DNA of 64,000 nt. Origin: Clostridia bacterium. GTDB lineage: Bacteria > Bacillota > Clostridia > Saccharofermentanales > DTU023. Both the position numbers and the translations under genes were made by a program. This document shows positions 1 through 8,603 of the stretch, in pieces; within the stretch, counting starts at the first letter, position 1, and every line of letters begins with the position of its first letter. Where the stretch lies: positions 78,779 through 142,778 of the forward strand of contig JAXGRH010000004.1 of assembly GCA_040766025.1 (NCBI GenBank), read 5' to 3'. The notes below the pieces were generated by a model, which made no database searches, was not told the origin of the DNA, and saw nothing but the letters and a program-made list of their open reading frames with translations.

Positions 1-433
1 CCCATGAGATAAGCGATCAATGGATTCATCGCGAAGCGATCCAGCCTAAAGGGCAGTCTACGGTCGCGCGCCAGGAAAAAGGAAGTCCCAAAAGCGCCCA
101 GCTGGTACAGGCCAAACAAAATGACCAGCACACCGCCCCCAATCGCAAAAGTGCGCCGGTAGGTTTGGAAAAACTCACCCGCGGCGGTAAATCCTAAGGC
201 CAGTACGAAAAAGGTCGATGCGATCCCAAATACAAAGAACAGGGTATTTAAAAAGACGCGTCTTCTCGGGTAGTCAATACTACCGTCTTCACTCACCTGA
301 TAGGTCCCCCTGCCAAATAGCCGATATACATCGGCAAAAGGGGCAGGACACAGGGCGATAAAAAGCTGACAAGTCCTTGTAAAAAGACGGTCAAAATAGG
401 GATTGAATGCTGAACTTCCAGTGCTGGCGGCAT
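1..433 (-). pseudogene. ccdA: CcdA/DsbD-family thiol-disulfide transporter membrane protein (cytochrome c biogenesis type); 3' part cut by window edge, frame broken at a C5 run
   Basis: Not in the ORF track. Minus-strand ATG at 433-431 follows GGAAAGGA. Translation [43 protein letters not shown]... stops after 46 codons. Changing frame at the C5 run 306-310 continues as ...[46 protein letters not shown]...NPLIAYLMG to position 1. The [11 protein letters not shown] motif is the CcdA signature. Confidence 0.55.
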
Positions 434-540
434 CACTTTTTCCTTTCCGGCTCAAAACTATCGTACGCTACAAAAGGCAGATAAATAACATGCTCATCAT
501 TCTACCAACAGTTGGAGATGTTCTTGTCACCTGGGTAACG

Positions 541-1428
541 CTATTCATCGATCGGGAGAAACCCCTCGCCGTAGACCTCGTCGTAAGAGGTGACGATCAT
601 TAGGGCGTCGGGATCGATCTCTTTGACGATCTTTCGCACTTCGGGCACCTGCGAGCGGCTGCAGGCACACATCACGACAGGACGATGTTCCTTCGAATAA
701 GCGCCTTTTGCGCGGAGGATCGTTGAACCGCGGGTCAATTTGTCGCCGATCTCCTTTGAAATCTCTTCCCCCCGCGATGAGATGATCATCGCTAATTTCC
801 CTGAGATCACGCCGAACATGATCTTGTCGATGACGACAATCAATACCGCGCTGTAAACAAAGCCGTAGAGCACCGAATCAATCTGATGAAAGACAAGCCC
901 GCCTGTCAATACAACAATGCCGTCCACAAACATGGTGATTTGCCCCAGTGACATATGCGGCCTTTTTTTGCGCAAGGACATGATGAGCAAATCCGAACCG
1001 CCTGTACTGCTTTTATTCTGATAAATAATGGCCAAGCCGATGCCGGCCAAAGCACCCGCAAAAAGGGCGGCCAAGAATGGATCGCCTTGGTACACGGGGA
1101 GCCTCGGGCTGATCAGGTCAAGGAAGATGGTATTGACCACAAGCGTTCGAAATGAACGTATTAGAAAGCGATGTCCCAGGATGCGCCAGGCCATCAGGAT
1201 GAGGGGGATGTTGAACAAAAGCGCCAGGGTACCAATGGGCAAATTCGTAAAATGATTCACAATAATGGCGATGCCCGTGACGCCACCGGGCGCAAAGTTC
1301 GCTTGCACCGCAAAGTTGTAGACCCCCAAGGCAAAAAAGAATGAACCTAAAATGTCATAGAGTAAATCGACACTCAGACGCTTCAATGACGCGGCTGAAA
1401 AACGAACTGCTTTCCGATCTTGCGGCAT
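541..1428 (-). CDS. YitT-family membrane protein with DUF2179-type C-terminal domain
   Basis: 295-aa ORF. Multi-TM N-terminal part (NFAPGGVTGIAIIVNH...) and a soluble C-terminal part (VVMCACSRSQVPEVRKIVKEIDPDALMIV) are typical of YitT proteins. Confidence 0.75.
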   Translation of the reverse strand: MPQDRKAVRFSAASLKRLSVDLLYDILGSFFFALGVYNFAVQANFAPGGVTGIAIIVNHFTNLPIGTLALLFNIPLILMAWRILGHRFLIRSFRTLVVNTIFLDLISPRLPVYQGDPFLAALFAGALAGIGLAIIYQNKSSTGGSDLLIMSLRKKRPHMSLGQITMFVDGIVVLTGGLVFHQIDSVLYGFVYSAVLIVVIDKIMFGVISGKLAMIISSRGEEISKEIGDKLTRGSTILRAKGAYSKEHRPVVMCACSRSQVPEVRKIVKEIDPDALMIVTSYDEVYGEGFLPIDE

Positions 1429-1446
1429 CCATTCTCCTCCGAGCTG

Positions 1447-2478
1447 TTATTTTGTTAGGAATTCAATAATGCGCTGATGGGTTTTTGCCACGTCAAACCA
1501 CCAGACTTCTTGCCCATTTACGTAATACTGGCGCGTCTCGCTCATGTCAGGGATCTGAAGCTGAGAACGCTGGTACGACAGATAGGTGGGTGCCTTTGTA
1601 ATATAGCTGTTCAGGTCGATGTTGGTATAGGTATTCGCAAGAATGACCGTCGCCGCTTTATACGCAGAAGCGCCTCCCTGATTCGCCATCTCATTCAGGA
1701 TAGAGGTAATGACATTGCGCTGCCTCTGGTTGCGTTGGAAATCGCTATCCAGCTTTCGAATACGTGAGTACTCAAGCGCTTGTTGTCCATTCAGTCGCTG
1801 GTAGCCACTTGGCACTCCCACGATGCGTGCTTCCCCCGGCGTTAACGTGATGCCTACGCCTCCGATTGCGTTCACGATGCGGACAAAGGAAGTGAAATTG
1901 ACGGCCACAAATCCCGTGATGGGAATGCCGAAATTCTGTTCCACCGTCTTCATCGCAAGCGCCGGACCTCCGTACGAATAGGCCGCGTTCAATAATCCCC
2001 AGTTATGGTTTTTAGCGCCGATTTTGACATACATCGCACGCATCAGCGAGATGATGCTGATTTTTTTCGTATTATGATTGATCGAAATCAGCATGGTGAC
2101 GTCGGACCTGCCCGTATAACTGTAAGTATCGACGCCTAACAGAAGAATGTTGTCAACGCCCGCCATGCCCTGGACCGCAACGCTCTCTTGGGGAGGTGAG
2201 TCAAGATCGATGTCGTCCGTATCGTCATCGGTTGACGGATTATTTTGAAGCTGATAGCCCAGAAGAATATCGGGGTCCATCAGATCTTGAATCCTCCAGT
2301 GCGAATCGTCATTCGCCTCGACATAGGTCACGCGCGACATCATATCGGCATAGACAATGAAAACGCCCAAGACAACCGCAATCAAAAAGCCGCAGACAAC
2401 TCCGCACACTAAGAACTGCGTCGGGTAAAGACGGCTGAATATACGGCGTGACGAAGCTCTTTGTGGATCAGGACGCAA
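1447..2478 (-). CDS. LCP (LytR-CpsA-Psr) family cell-envelope glycopolymer transferase
   Basis: 343-aa ORF with an N-terminal TM helix and the LCP core NILLLGVDTYSYTGRSDVTMLISIN...LNAAYSYGGPALAMKTVEQNFGIPITGFVAVNFTSF. Confidence 0.85.
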   Translation of the reverse strand: MRPDPQRASSRRIFSRLYPTQFLVCGVVCGFLIAVVLGVFIVYADMMSRVTYVEANDDSHWRIQDLMDPDILLGYQLQNNPSTDDDTDDIDLDSPPQESVAVQGMAGVDNILLLGVDTYSYTGRSDVTMLISINHNTKKISIISLMRAMYVKIGAKNHNWGLLNAAYSYGGPALAMKTVEQNFGIPITGFVAVNFTSFVRIVNAIGGVGITLTPGEARIVGVPSGYQRLNGQQALEYSRIRKLDSDFQRNQRQRNVITSILNEMANQGGASAYKAATVILANTYTNIDLNSYITKAPTYLSYQRSQLQIPDMSETRQYYVNGQEVWWFDVAKTHQRIIEFLTK

Positions 2479-2500
2479 CGAATGATCTCCTCATTTGAAC

Positions 2501-3253
2501 CTAGCGGAACAAGCCAGACAAGCCTTTATAAAGGCCCCAATTCATACCCGCCGTCAAAATTGCGCTGTCCAACACATGTAACACGATAAACACGCCCGTA
2601 AGCGCGAGTATAAGCTGCCATTTTTTGGAAAGAGGTGCCTCCGAATCATGGACAGACAAGAGCAGGGAGGCCGCAAACGACAAGAGCGGAATCAACAGCC
2701 TTAACGCCGAGATAAAACGTATACCGCCGGCGGAGGTCATGGACACCGTCAGGCCGAACAACAAAACCAACAGTGCGACAGGCAAAATGATCGTGTGAAA
2801 TGAGGCATAGGTTGAAAACACATCCACGATCTTGACCTCTTGTTTGAGCATATGACGTTTTAACAGCCAGGCCACGGCAGGCAGCGCGACTATTTGCACG
2901 ATGCTGAAAAACCATAACAGGAAAAAGCCGCCCGCGTGCCAGTTCATCATCCTTGCGGATGCAAGCGTGTAAAAGAGCGTAATCACAAAGGGGACGATGG
3001 CCGCAAACAGAAGATGCATCGGTTCTTCGTTACCAAAGATTCCTCCTGTAAGCCATTTAAAGTAACGCCGTCCTTCCAAGGCGAGCGCTGAGGGCTCTTT
3101 GGGCGCCGCAGCTTGCGGCGGATACGGATAGGGCGCAGGCGGCGGCGTCACCGCGGCGGCAGTAACCGTGACATCCGCCTGTTTATTACCACATTGACTA
3201 CAAAACGCCGCGTGGTCATCGAGTTCCGCGTTGCAAAATTGACAATTCTTCAT
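2501..3253 (-). CDS. zinc-ribbon domain membrane protein, function unknown
   Basis: CQFCNAELDDHAAFCSQCGNK zinc ribbon, Pro-rich linker, then several TM helices. Start moved to the ATG at 3253, which follows GAGGAG. The ORF-track start at 3274 lacks an RBS. Confidence 0.5.
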   Translation of the reverse strand: MKNCQFCNAELDDHAAFCSQCGNKQADVTVTAAAVTPPPAPYPYPPQAAAPKEPSALALEGRRYFKWLTGGIFGNEEPMHLLFAAIVPFVITLFYTLASARMMNWHAGGFFLLWFFSIVQIVALPAVAWLLKRHMLKQEVKIVDVFSTYASFHTIILPVALLVLLFGLTVSMTSAGGIRFISALRLLIPLLSFAASLLLSVHDSEAPLSKKWQLILALTGVFIVLHVLDSAILTAGMNWGLYKGLSGLFR

Positions 3254-3435
3254 GGGTCTCCTCATTCTTTCCAAATCGAAGCCCCGAGCTTCGAGGTCAA
3301 GAGTGCGATAATTATACCATAGGAGGATGAACAGACTTGGCTGGAAAAGCGCTGTTATCCGTCGATTTATCCCTGTAAAGTCCCCTCGTGGTAGGATGAT
3401 TCAAAATACTAATAGAGACAAAGGAAGTGGCATCC

Positions 3436-3882
3436 ATGCGTGCATTAATTCAACGAGTCACACAGGCAAAGGTCTCCACCCTGGACGGATTTCAGTCCGA
3501 GATCGAAAAGGGCTATCTCATATTATTGGGGGTTGGCGAAGAAGACGATGAAAACAACGCCGCCCGCCTTTGGAGCAAAATCAACAAACTCCGCATCTTT
3601 AAAGACGAGGCCGGTAAGACCAACTTGGATCTTGCAAGCGTCGGAGGTGAAGTCTTAATCGTCTCCCAATTCACCTTATTCGCGAATACAAAAAAAGGGA
3701 ATCGGCCGAGCTTTATCGGAGCGGCCTCTCCTGAAAAAGGAGAACGGCTGTATGAGTATTTTGTCGAGTTAGCGCGCCGTGACGTGGAAGTCGTACAAAC
3801 GGGGTCCTTTGGCGCCGAAATGAAAATTAATCTCGTCAATGACGGCCCCTTCACCCTCTGGCTCGATACCGATCAGTTTTAG
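3436..3882 (+). CDS. dtd: D-aminoacyl-tRNA deacylase
   Basis: MRALIQRVTQAKV...ILLGVGEEDD...VSQFTLFANTKKGNRPSF...NDGPFTLWLD is a full-length Dtd signature. ATG at 3436 follows AAAGGAAG. Confidence 0.9.
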   Translation: MRALIQRVTQAKVSTLDGFQSEIEKGYLILLGVGEEDDENNAARLWSKINKLRIFKDEAGKTNLDLASVGGEVLIVSQFTLFANTKKGNRPSFIGAASPEKGERLYEYFVELARRDVEVVQTGSFGAEMKINLVNDGPFTLWLDTDQF

Positions 3883-4862
3883 CCCTCAAGCGGATCCAAA
3901 AAAGAGGATAGCTCTGTTTTAACCCACCGCACTTCAGGCATGGCGGCGCTTAAAGATTGAAACGCCCGGTCGCGATCTTTTTCGGATAAAAAGAGCGAAA
4001 AACAAGTCGGTCCGGTCCCCGTCATGGAAACCATAAAGGCATCCCGTTGCCGCATGGCGTCTAAAAGCTCCGCGATTTGAGGAATCTGAGACGACAGGAC
4101 ATCTTCGAAGTCGTTTGATACAAGCGGGATAAGCTCAGCCGGGTCACCGCTTTTTAACGCATTACGCCAGGTATCAAAAGACGCTCCGGGTTCTCCCGAG
4201 GCACTAACGGCCTTCTCTTCTCGCCTCTGATCCAATTGTTTAAAGGCCCAAACTGTCCGCACCTCTGCCTTGGGTTTAGCGATGAGAACAGGCCAAGACG
4301 GGGCGACAAGAGGAAGCGACATCATCTCTCCCACCCCTTGACAAAAACGAGTCCCTCCCTCGATGCAAAAGGGGACATCCGCGCCACAGCGAAGCGCAAT
4401 CTGCAATAAAGTTTCCTTGTCAATACGCTTTTTATCCAGACCGAAAGATGAGGCCAGACCCGCATGCCAAGCGCTCCATAAAAAACGCAGTGTGGCGGCG
4501 GCATCCGCGCTCCCTCCGCCTAGTCCTGCGGCGACAGGTATGATTTTTTCCAGATGGATCTCAAAATGAAGCATCTCTTGTTCGATGCCGGCGGCCTCAA
4601 AGAACAATTCAGCCGCCCTGAAACATAGATTGTCCCCTCCTAGGGGTATTTCAGTGGAATCGCTGTTCATTTGCCACGCGCGCTTTTCATCACTGGCGCC
4701 GCGCAGAAAAAGATTAAATCGAAGGCGATCAGAAAGCCCGATGGTGGTCATAAGCGAAGACAGCTCATGGTATCCATCGGGCCTTCGTCCCTCAATGTGT
4801 AAAGATAAATTTATCTTCGCTCGAGCGGCGTACTGCGCTTCAAACGATTCCAAAAAGCACAC
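3879..4862 (-). CDS. ispE: 4-(cytidine 5'-diphospho)-2-C-methyl-D-erythritol kinase
   Basis: AKINLSLHIEGRRPDGYHEL... and the GHMP-kinase motif PVAAGLGGGSADAAATL. 327 aa. Confidence 0.9.
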   Translation of the reverse strand: MCFLESFEAQYAARAKINLSLHIEGRRPDGYHELSSLMTTIGLSDRLRFNLFLRGASDEKRAWQMNSDSTEIPLGGDNLCFRAAELFFEAAGIEQEMLHFEIHLEKIIPVAAGLGGGSADAAATLRFLWSAWHAGLASSFGLDKKRIDKETLLQIALRCGADVPFCIEGGTRFCQGVGEMMSLPLVAPSWPVLIAKPKAEVRTVWAFKQLDQRREEKAVSASGEPGASFDTWRNALKSGDPAELIPLVSNDFEDVLSSQIPQIAELLDAMRQRDAFMVSMTGTGPTCFSLFLSEKDRDRAFQSLSAAMPEVRWVKTELSSFLDPLEG

Positions 4863-4865
4863 AGC

Positions 4866-5150
4866 CTAACGGCTGTCCTCCGTTTGCTGGAGAAGGCGCT
4901 CAAGCCCGTCATCGTCATAAGCGATTTCGACCACTTTCGTCAGCAGGTCGATGTAACTAAAGCAAACATGCTCGTTATAAGTAGGGCTTACGGGACAACA
5001 GACCGTAAACACATTCGACGAGCAATTTTCCAGATATCCTTCGTGGATAACGGTGCGGCGTCGCCCACCGTTTGATTTCAACATAATTCTTTGTCCGAGA
5101 CGTTCTTCCAGTTCAGCACGGCATGAAGCCAGGTCAGATTTTGCAATCAA
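4866..5150 (-). CDS. veg: Veg family protein
   Basis: 94 aa. LGQRIMLKSNGGRRRTVIHEGYLENCSSNVFTV...FSYIDLLT resembles B. subtilis Veg, and the veg-ispE neighbourhood is typical of Firmicutes. Confidence 0.8.
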   Translation of the reverse strand: MIAKSDLASCRAELEERLGQRIMLKSNGGRRRTVIHEGYLENCSSNVFTVCCPVSPTYNEHVCFSYIDLLTKVVEIAYDDDGLERLLQQTEDSR

Positions 5151-5231
5151 TCGTATTCACCCCATTTTGTATATTGGCATAGGCACATAATTGGCCATCA
5201 AACCGCATTATACCTTAAAATACGATTAATT

Positions 5232-6311
5232 TCAAGGATTGAAGCGCATTTTGGCCACAATCCCGCCCCCGAGCACGCGGTCGCCCTCGTAAAGCACCAG
5301 CGATTGTCCCGGTGAGGAAAGACGGGTCGCTTGAATGAATCGCACGGTCGCTCTACGCTGATCGTCGTCCAATTGAACCGTAACCGGCAAGGTTTTCCCC
5401 TGCGAACGGAGCTGCGCTTCTGCCTCAAAAAATGGGGGTAAGGGGTGGCTTCCTATGAAATCGACAAGCTCCAACTCCGCCATCTGCGCGTCTTCTTCCG
5501 TGCCTAAGACCACAATGTTTTGTCTGTGGTCGATTGAAAGAACCGTCATGCGGCTCCCAAAGGCCTGGCCCAAATGGCGGCGTTGTCCCACTGTGTAGCG
5601 CCAGCTCCCCTGATGGGTCCCGATTGGCTCGCCTGCCCGATTCACAAATGCGCCTTCTTGTTCTTCGAGTCCATGCTGATTCAGAAAGTCGCGCAACTTC
5701 CCTTGGCCGAGAAAACAAATATCCTGACTGTCTTTTTGTCCCGCCACAGGATCGGATGTTGCGGCCGCGATGTGCCTCGCCTCCTCTTTGGTTTTGTCAC
5801 CCAAGGGAAAACGAATCCGCTCCAACCACTTTTCGGGGAGGCGGTACAAAAAATAACTCTGATCTTGCGGCCGGTGAGAAGCGCGATAAAGCCAACGCCC
5901 ACAGTCATCCTGCTTAATGCGAGCATAGTGCCCTGTCGCGACATAGGGGCACCCGAGCTTGTCGGCCAATTCGAACATTTTTTTGAATTTAAAATCGGGG
6001 TTGCACATGACACAAGGGTTAGGGGTCAAACCCTCGCGCCAATCGTTGACGAAGGAGAGAACCACCTTGTCATAAAACGCCTCCCTCACATCTAAGATGA
6101 TATGGGGGATACCAAGGAGCGCGGCAGAATGCGCGGCACGCTCTAATCTTTGGCGATCCGTTTCACCTTCTTGCCATGTATCCAAGGTCACCGCGGTGAC
6201 CTCAAAGCCTTGCGCCTTCAAAAGGGCGGCGGAGGCCGTGCTGTCGACTCCGCCCGATAAACCAAGCAGCAGCTTTTTGGGCTGCGATGTTTCTTTATTT
6301 TTTGTCATCAT
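5232..6311 (-). CDS. mnmA: tRNA 2-thiouridine(34) synthase MnmA
   Basis: PP-loop LGLSGGVDSTASAALL, then CVMCNPDFKF and FPLGDKTKEEARHIA. Start placed at the ATG at 6311 (MMTKNK...). The track's GTG at 6332 is also possible. Neither has a clear SD. Confidence 0.9.
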   Translation of the reverse strand: MMTKNKETSQPKKLLLGLSGGVDSTASAALLKAQGFEVTAVTLDTWQEGETDRQRLERAAHSAALLGIPHIILDVREAFYDKVVLSFVNDWREGLTPNPCVMCNPDFKFKKMFELADKLGCPYVATGHYARIKQDDCGRWLYRASHRPQDQSYFLYRLPEKWLERIRFPLGDKTKEEARHIAAATSDPVAGQKDSQDICFLGQGKLRDFLNQHGLEEQEGAFVNRAGEPIGTHQGSWRYTVGQRRHLGQAFGSRMTVLSIDHRQNIVVLGTEEDAQMAELELVDFIGSHPLPPFFEAEAQLRSQGKTLPVTVQLDDDQRRATVRFIQATRLSSPGQSLVLYEGDRVLGGGIVAKMRFNP

Positions 6312-6332
6312 GATATATATAATAACCGACAC

Positions 6333-6690
6333 ACGAAACGGGCAGGATTCCCATTTTCACCCCGGGAATCATCTGCCCGTTCCTACGAGGTGTACTTTCA
6401 AAGTACGCCTCCTTTCCTGTCCCCTCACTGGTCGCGCGAGTGCCGTTGAAAACCAGACGGTCTTATGAACAATTCCGGCCAATAGATACATTTCTAGTGC
6501 GCCTTCGATGTGCGAAGACTCTGTCAACTCAGTTCACTCGGGTTACGCAACCCCGGCTTCAGGTCCATCGCATTCTTATGCGCACGGCGCGATCCTCTGG
6601 GACACTATCTCTCTCGATTTTCTTTGAACCTTCTGACGTAACGGAACCTCCGCCACGTACTCGTTCCTCTATATAATCCAATCGAGGTTA
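6333..6690 (-). ncRNA. unassigned ~350-nt structured leader or independent small RNA between a consensus promoter and mnmA
   Basis: No credible ORF. Several hand-found hairpins on the minus-strand transcript: GAGGCGUACUUUGAAAGUACACCUC, CGGGGUUGCGUAACCCG, CUUCGCACAUCGAAG and a possible CCGU/ACGG + CUGGU/ACCAG pseudoknot. It ends in the hairpin at 6337-6381. Confidence 0.35.
6337..6381 (-). terminator. strong terminator/attenuator-like hairpin immediately upstream of mnmA
   Basis: Minus strand reads AACGGGCAG-AU-GAUUCCC [loop] GGGAAUC-CUGCCCGUU, about 16 bp, followed by a U-rich but interrupted tract UCGUGUGUCGGUUAUUAU. Confidence 0.5.
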
Positions 6691-6695
6691 GCGCT

Positions 6696-6725
6696 ATTAT
6701 AGCAAGAAGGCTCCGTTTCTGTCAA
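6696..6725 (-). promoter_or_regulatory. near-consensus sigma-A promoter driving the mnmA leader
   Basis: Minus strand reads TTGACA (6725-6720), an 18-nt spacer, then TGcTATAAT (-10 at 6701-6696). Confidence 0.6.
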
Positions 6726-6779
6726 TATTTATCCGCGAAACGTGAATGAATATAAAACCTATGGTACGCTTCGGGGCTG

Positions 6780-7196
6780 TTATTCCTCTTCGGTCGCGGA
6801 TTGGATTTTACTCATACTCTCAACTTCGTAGTACAGTTCCGCACGGTCAATCACACGTTGGCGCGCAAGCGGTGTCAATTGATCCATCAGCTTCAACAAG
6901 CGCCCTTTTTGTTCCAATAAAAGTAACTCGGTTTCATCGATATCCGCAAGTTTCTCCGCCACGATCGCCCCAGACATCATGGCATCAACAAGCGGTTTCT
7001 CGGACATATCCTCCATCCCCAGTATTTGATCAAGTGTTGCGTCAAACATGGTCGCGAGCCTTTTGGCCATCTTAATGTCAGGGTAATTCCTGCCGCCCTC
7101 CCATTGGCTGACGGAGGTCTGCGTAACACCCAGCATTTCGGCGAGATCGCTCTGTGTGAGATGGTTCTTCTTCCTGAAGTATCGAATTCCGTTCAT
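6780..7196 (-). CDS. XRE-family helix-turn-helix transcriptional regulator
   Basis: LTQSDLAEMLGVTQTSVSQWEGGRNYPDIKMAKRLATMF is a Cro/C1-type HTH, with a helical C-terminal tail. ATG at 7196 follows GAAAGGAA. Confidence 0.8.
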   Translation of the reverse strand: MNGIRYFRKKNHLTQSDLAEMLGVTQTSVSQWEGGRNYPDIKMAKRLATMFDATLDQILGMEDMSEKPLVDAMMSGAIVAEKLADIDETELLLLEQKGRLLKLMDQLTPLARQRVIDRAELYYEVESMSKIQSATEEE

Positions 7197-7453
7197 AGAT
7201 TCCTTTCTTGCCAACAGGCACTGTTTAAAAATTAATATTTTATATACATGTCATTTCGCCATATAACATCTACTTGAGCCCATATCTGTCGATACTGAAA
7301 ATATGGCACTTTTTAATGACAGTTTAATAATACGCAATAAGTGTGGAATGATGCAAGCAATGCCGGGCGTCCAAATTGACCAATTCCATCGGGTAATCAC
7401 GCCTCATCATTGGGCAATTGGCAGGTTCAACCCACCGCTAAATGCCGGAATAG

Positions 7454-8446
7454 TCAAACATACCAGGTGGGGACCGGAGCTCTAAAAAGATCATAGCTTC
7501 GAGCCATTTTTTCAAAACGGTCAATCCAAATGACTCGTTGGCAGATGGTTAAATTCTCATCGGCAATGGCTTCCAACATTTTCGTCATATGATGGTAGGC
7601 CATTAAGTTGAAAAAGTGTAAGGGCGCTTCCATATCGTAATAAAGATCAATCAAGTACTGACGGTCTTGAACACTTAAGTCTAAGAAGGCAAAGAGTAGT
7701 TCACAAAGGTCCGTATCCTCAACGTTGGTGTCCAAGAAGAAGGGGTAGTCGATAATGAGGGCGCCCCGCTCCGAATACGCCAAACAGGAGGTCGCAAAAG
7801 AGCCAAAAGACAAGGACATTTCAGTGCTTGTAGAAGTCGCGACATTGTACGCGTTTTTCAAATAAAATGTTTCCCAATCACGGAAAGACGAGTAGTCAGG
7901 AATGTATTTTTTAACCGCCTCCACCAAGTCATGAGCCCCGTCCAAAATAGAAATCATTTTAACTTCGCGGTCCACGGAGACTAGGTGTTTTGTTTGGTGC
8001 TGGAACAATCGAAAAAAGCCTGTGAGCTGAACGAGATTTGTAAGGCAGGGCGGATTTTCCTTGCTGATCGCGCTCATAAAAGGTGTGCTGGAACGCCTTT
8101 TCGTCAAACCGATAAAACGCTTGCCGCAGGCGATCCATTTAATTTCCGGAAGTATCGGTCCATAAGCGGCAAAGAGCTGAGAAATACTTTGGATGGTTTT
8201 ACTCACGAAAGAGAGCTCACCCCACACAAGTCTCACGCGATCCCATGCAGGCCACGATCCGGTAAACAACCAATGAGATGAATGCTCGCGGTCAAACACC
8301 TCATAGGTACTGCAGGAACCGGCAGGGTGCTCTGCATGACATGAACCCATCGCCCAACCTTCGCAATAGGGCAACTGAGTAAAACAGCATTCGATCTCAT
8401 TACATTGGCTAAATGGCTTAGAATAAGCAAACAAAGGGGTATTCAC
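7454..8446 (-). CDS. hypothetical protein: Cys/His-rich N-terminus plus APH/choline-kinase-like C-terminal region with degenerate catalytic loop
   Basis: 330 aa. IIDYPFFLDTNVEDTDLCELLFAFL resembles the metal-binding IDW...D..DLA segment of the aminoglycoside phosphotransferase fold. The expected upstream HGDxxxxN is replaced by FGSFATSCL. The region looks AT-richer than its flanks. Confidence 0.3.
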   Translation of the reverse strand: MNTPLFAYSKPFSQCNEIECCFTQLPYCEGWAMGSCHAEHPAGSCSTYEVFDREHSSHWLFTGSWPAWDRVRLVWGELSFVSKTIQSISQLFAAYGPILPEIKWIACGKRFIGLTKRRSSTPFMSAISKENPPCLTNLVQLTGFFRLFQHQTKHLVSVDREVKMISILDGAHDLVEAVKKYIPDYSSFRDWETFYLKNAYNVATSTSTEMSLSFGSFATSCLAYSERGALIIDYPFFLDTNVEDTDLCELLFAFLDLSVQDRQYLIDLYYDMEAPLHFFNLMAYHHMTKMLEAIADENLTICQRVIWIDRFEKMARSYDLFRAPVPTWYV

Positions 8447-8530
8447 CGTATTATTGTCCTAACTTTCAGAATTCGTTCAGTAAAAATATAGCAGTAATTA
8501 CTAATCGAAATGAACCATTACGGCGCATAT

Positions 8531-8581
8531 TAAAAGCGCCACACCGAATAGATCGAAAAAAACGTCAATTCGGCGTGGCGC
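8531..8581 (-). terminator. intrinsic terminator after the aminotransferase gene
   Basis: 14-bp stem GCGCCACGCCGAAU/AUUCGGUGUGGCGC followed by UUUUA on the minus strand. Confidence 0.7.
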
Positions 8582-8603
8582 GTCTTGTAAAGGCGGATAT
8601 TGA

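Noticed and set aside
6333-6690. T-box, SAM, lysine, glycine, cobalamin, purine, c-di-GMP, fluoride riboswitch, or tmRNA/RNase P/SRP/6S identity for the mnmA upstream RNA.
   Set aside because: None of the diagnostic conserved strings could be found on either strand by eye. These include the GGGUGGUACC-type T-box, GAGGAAAGUCC of RNase P, GGUCCGGAAGGAAGCAGC of SRP, and the tmRNA 5'/3' ends. I left it as unassigned rather than naming a family.
6780-8446. HipBA-like toxin-antitoxin reading of the XRE + kinase-like pair.
   Set aside because: The gene order is reversed (the kinase-like gene is upstream). A 240-bp gap separates the genes, the kinase-like protein lacks the catalytic motif, and it does not resemble HipA.
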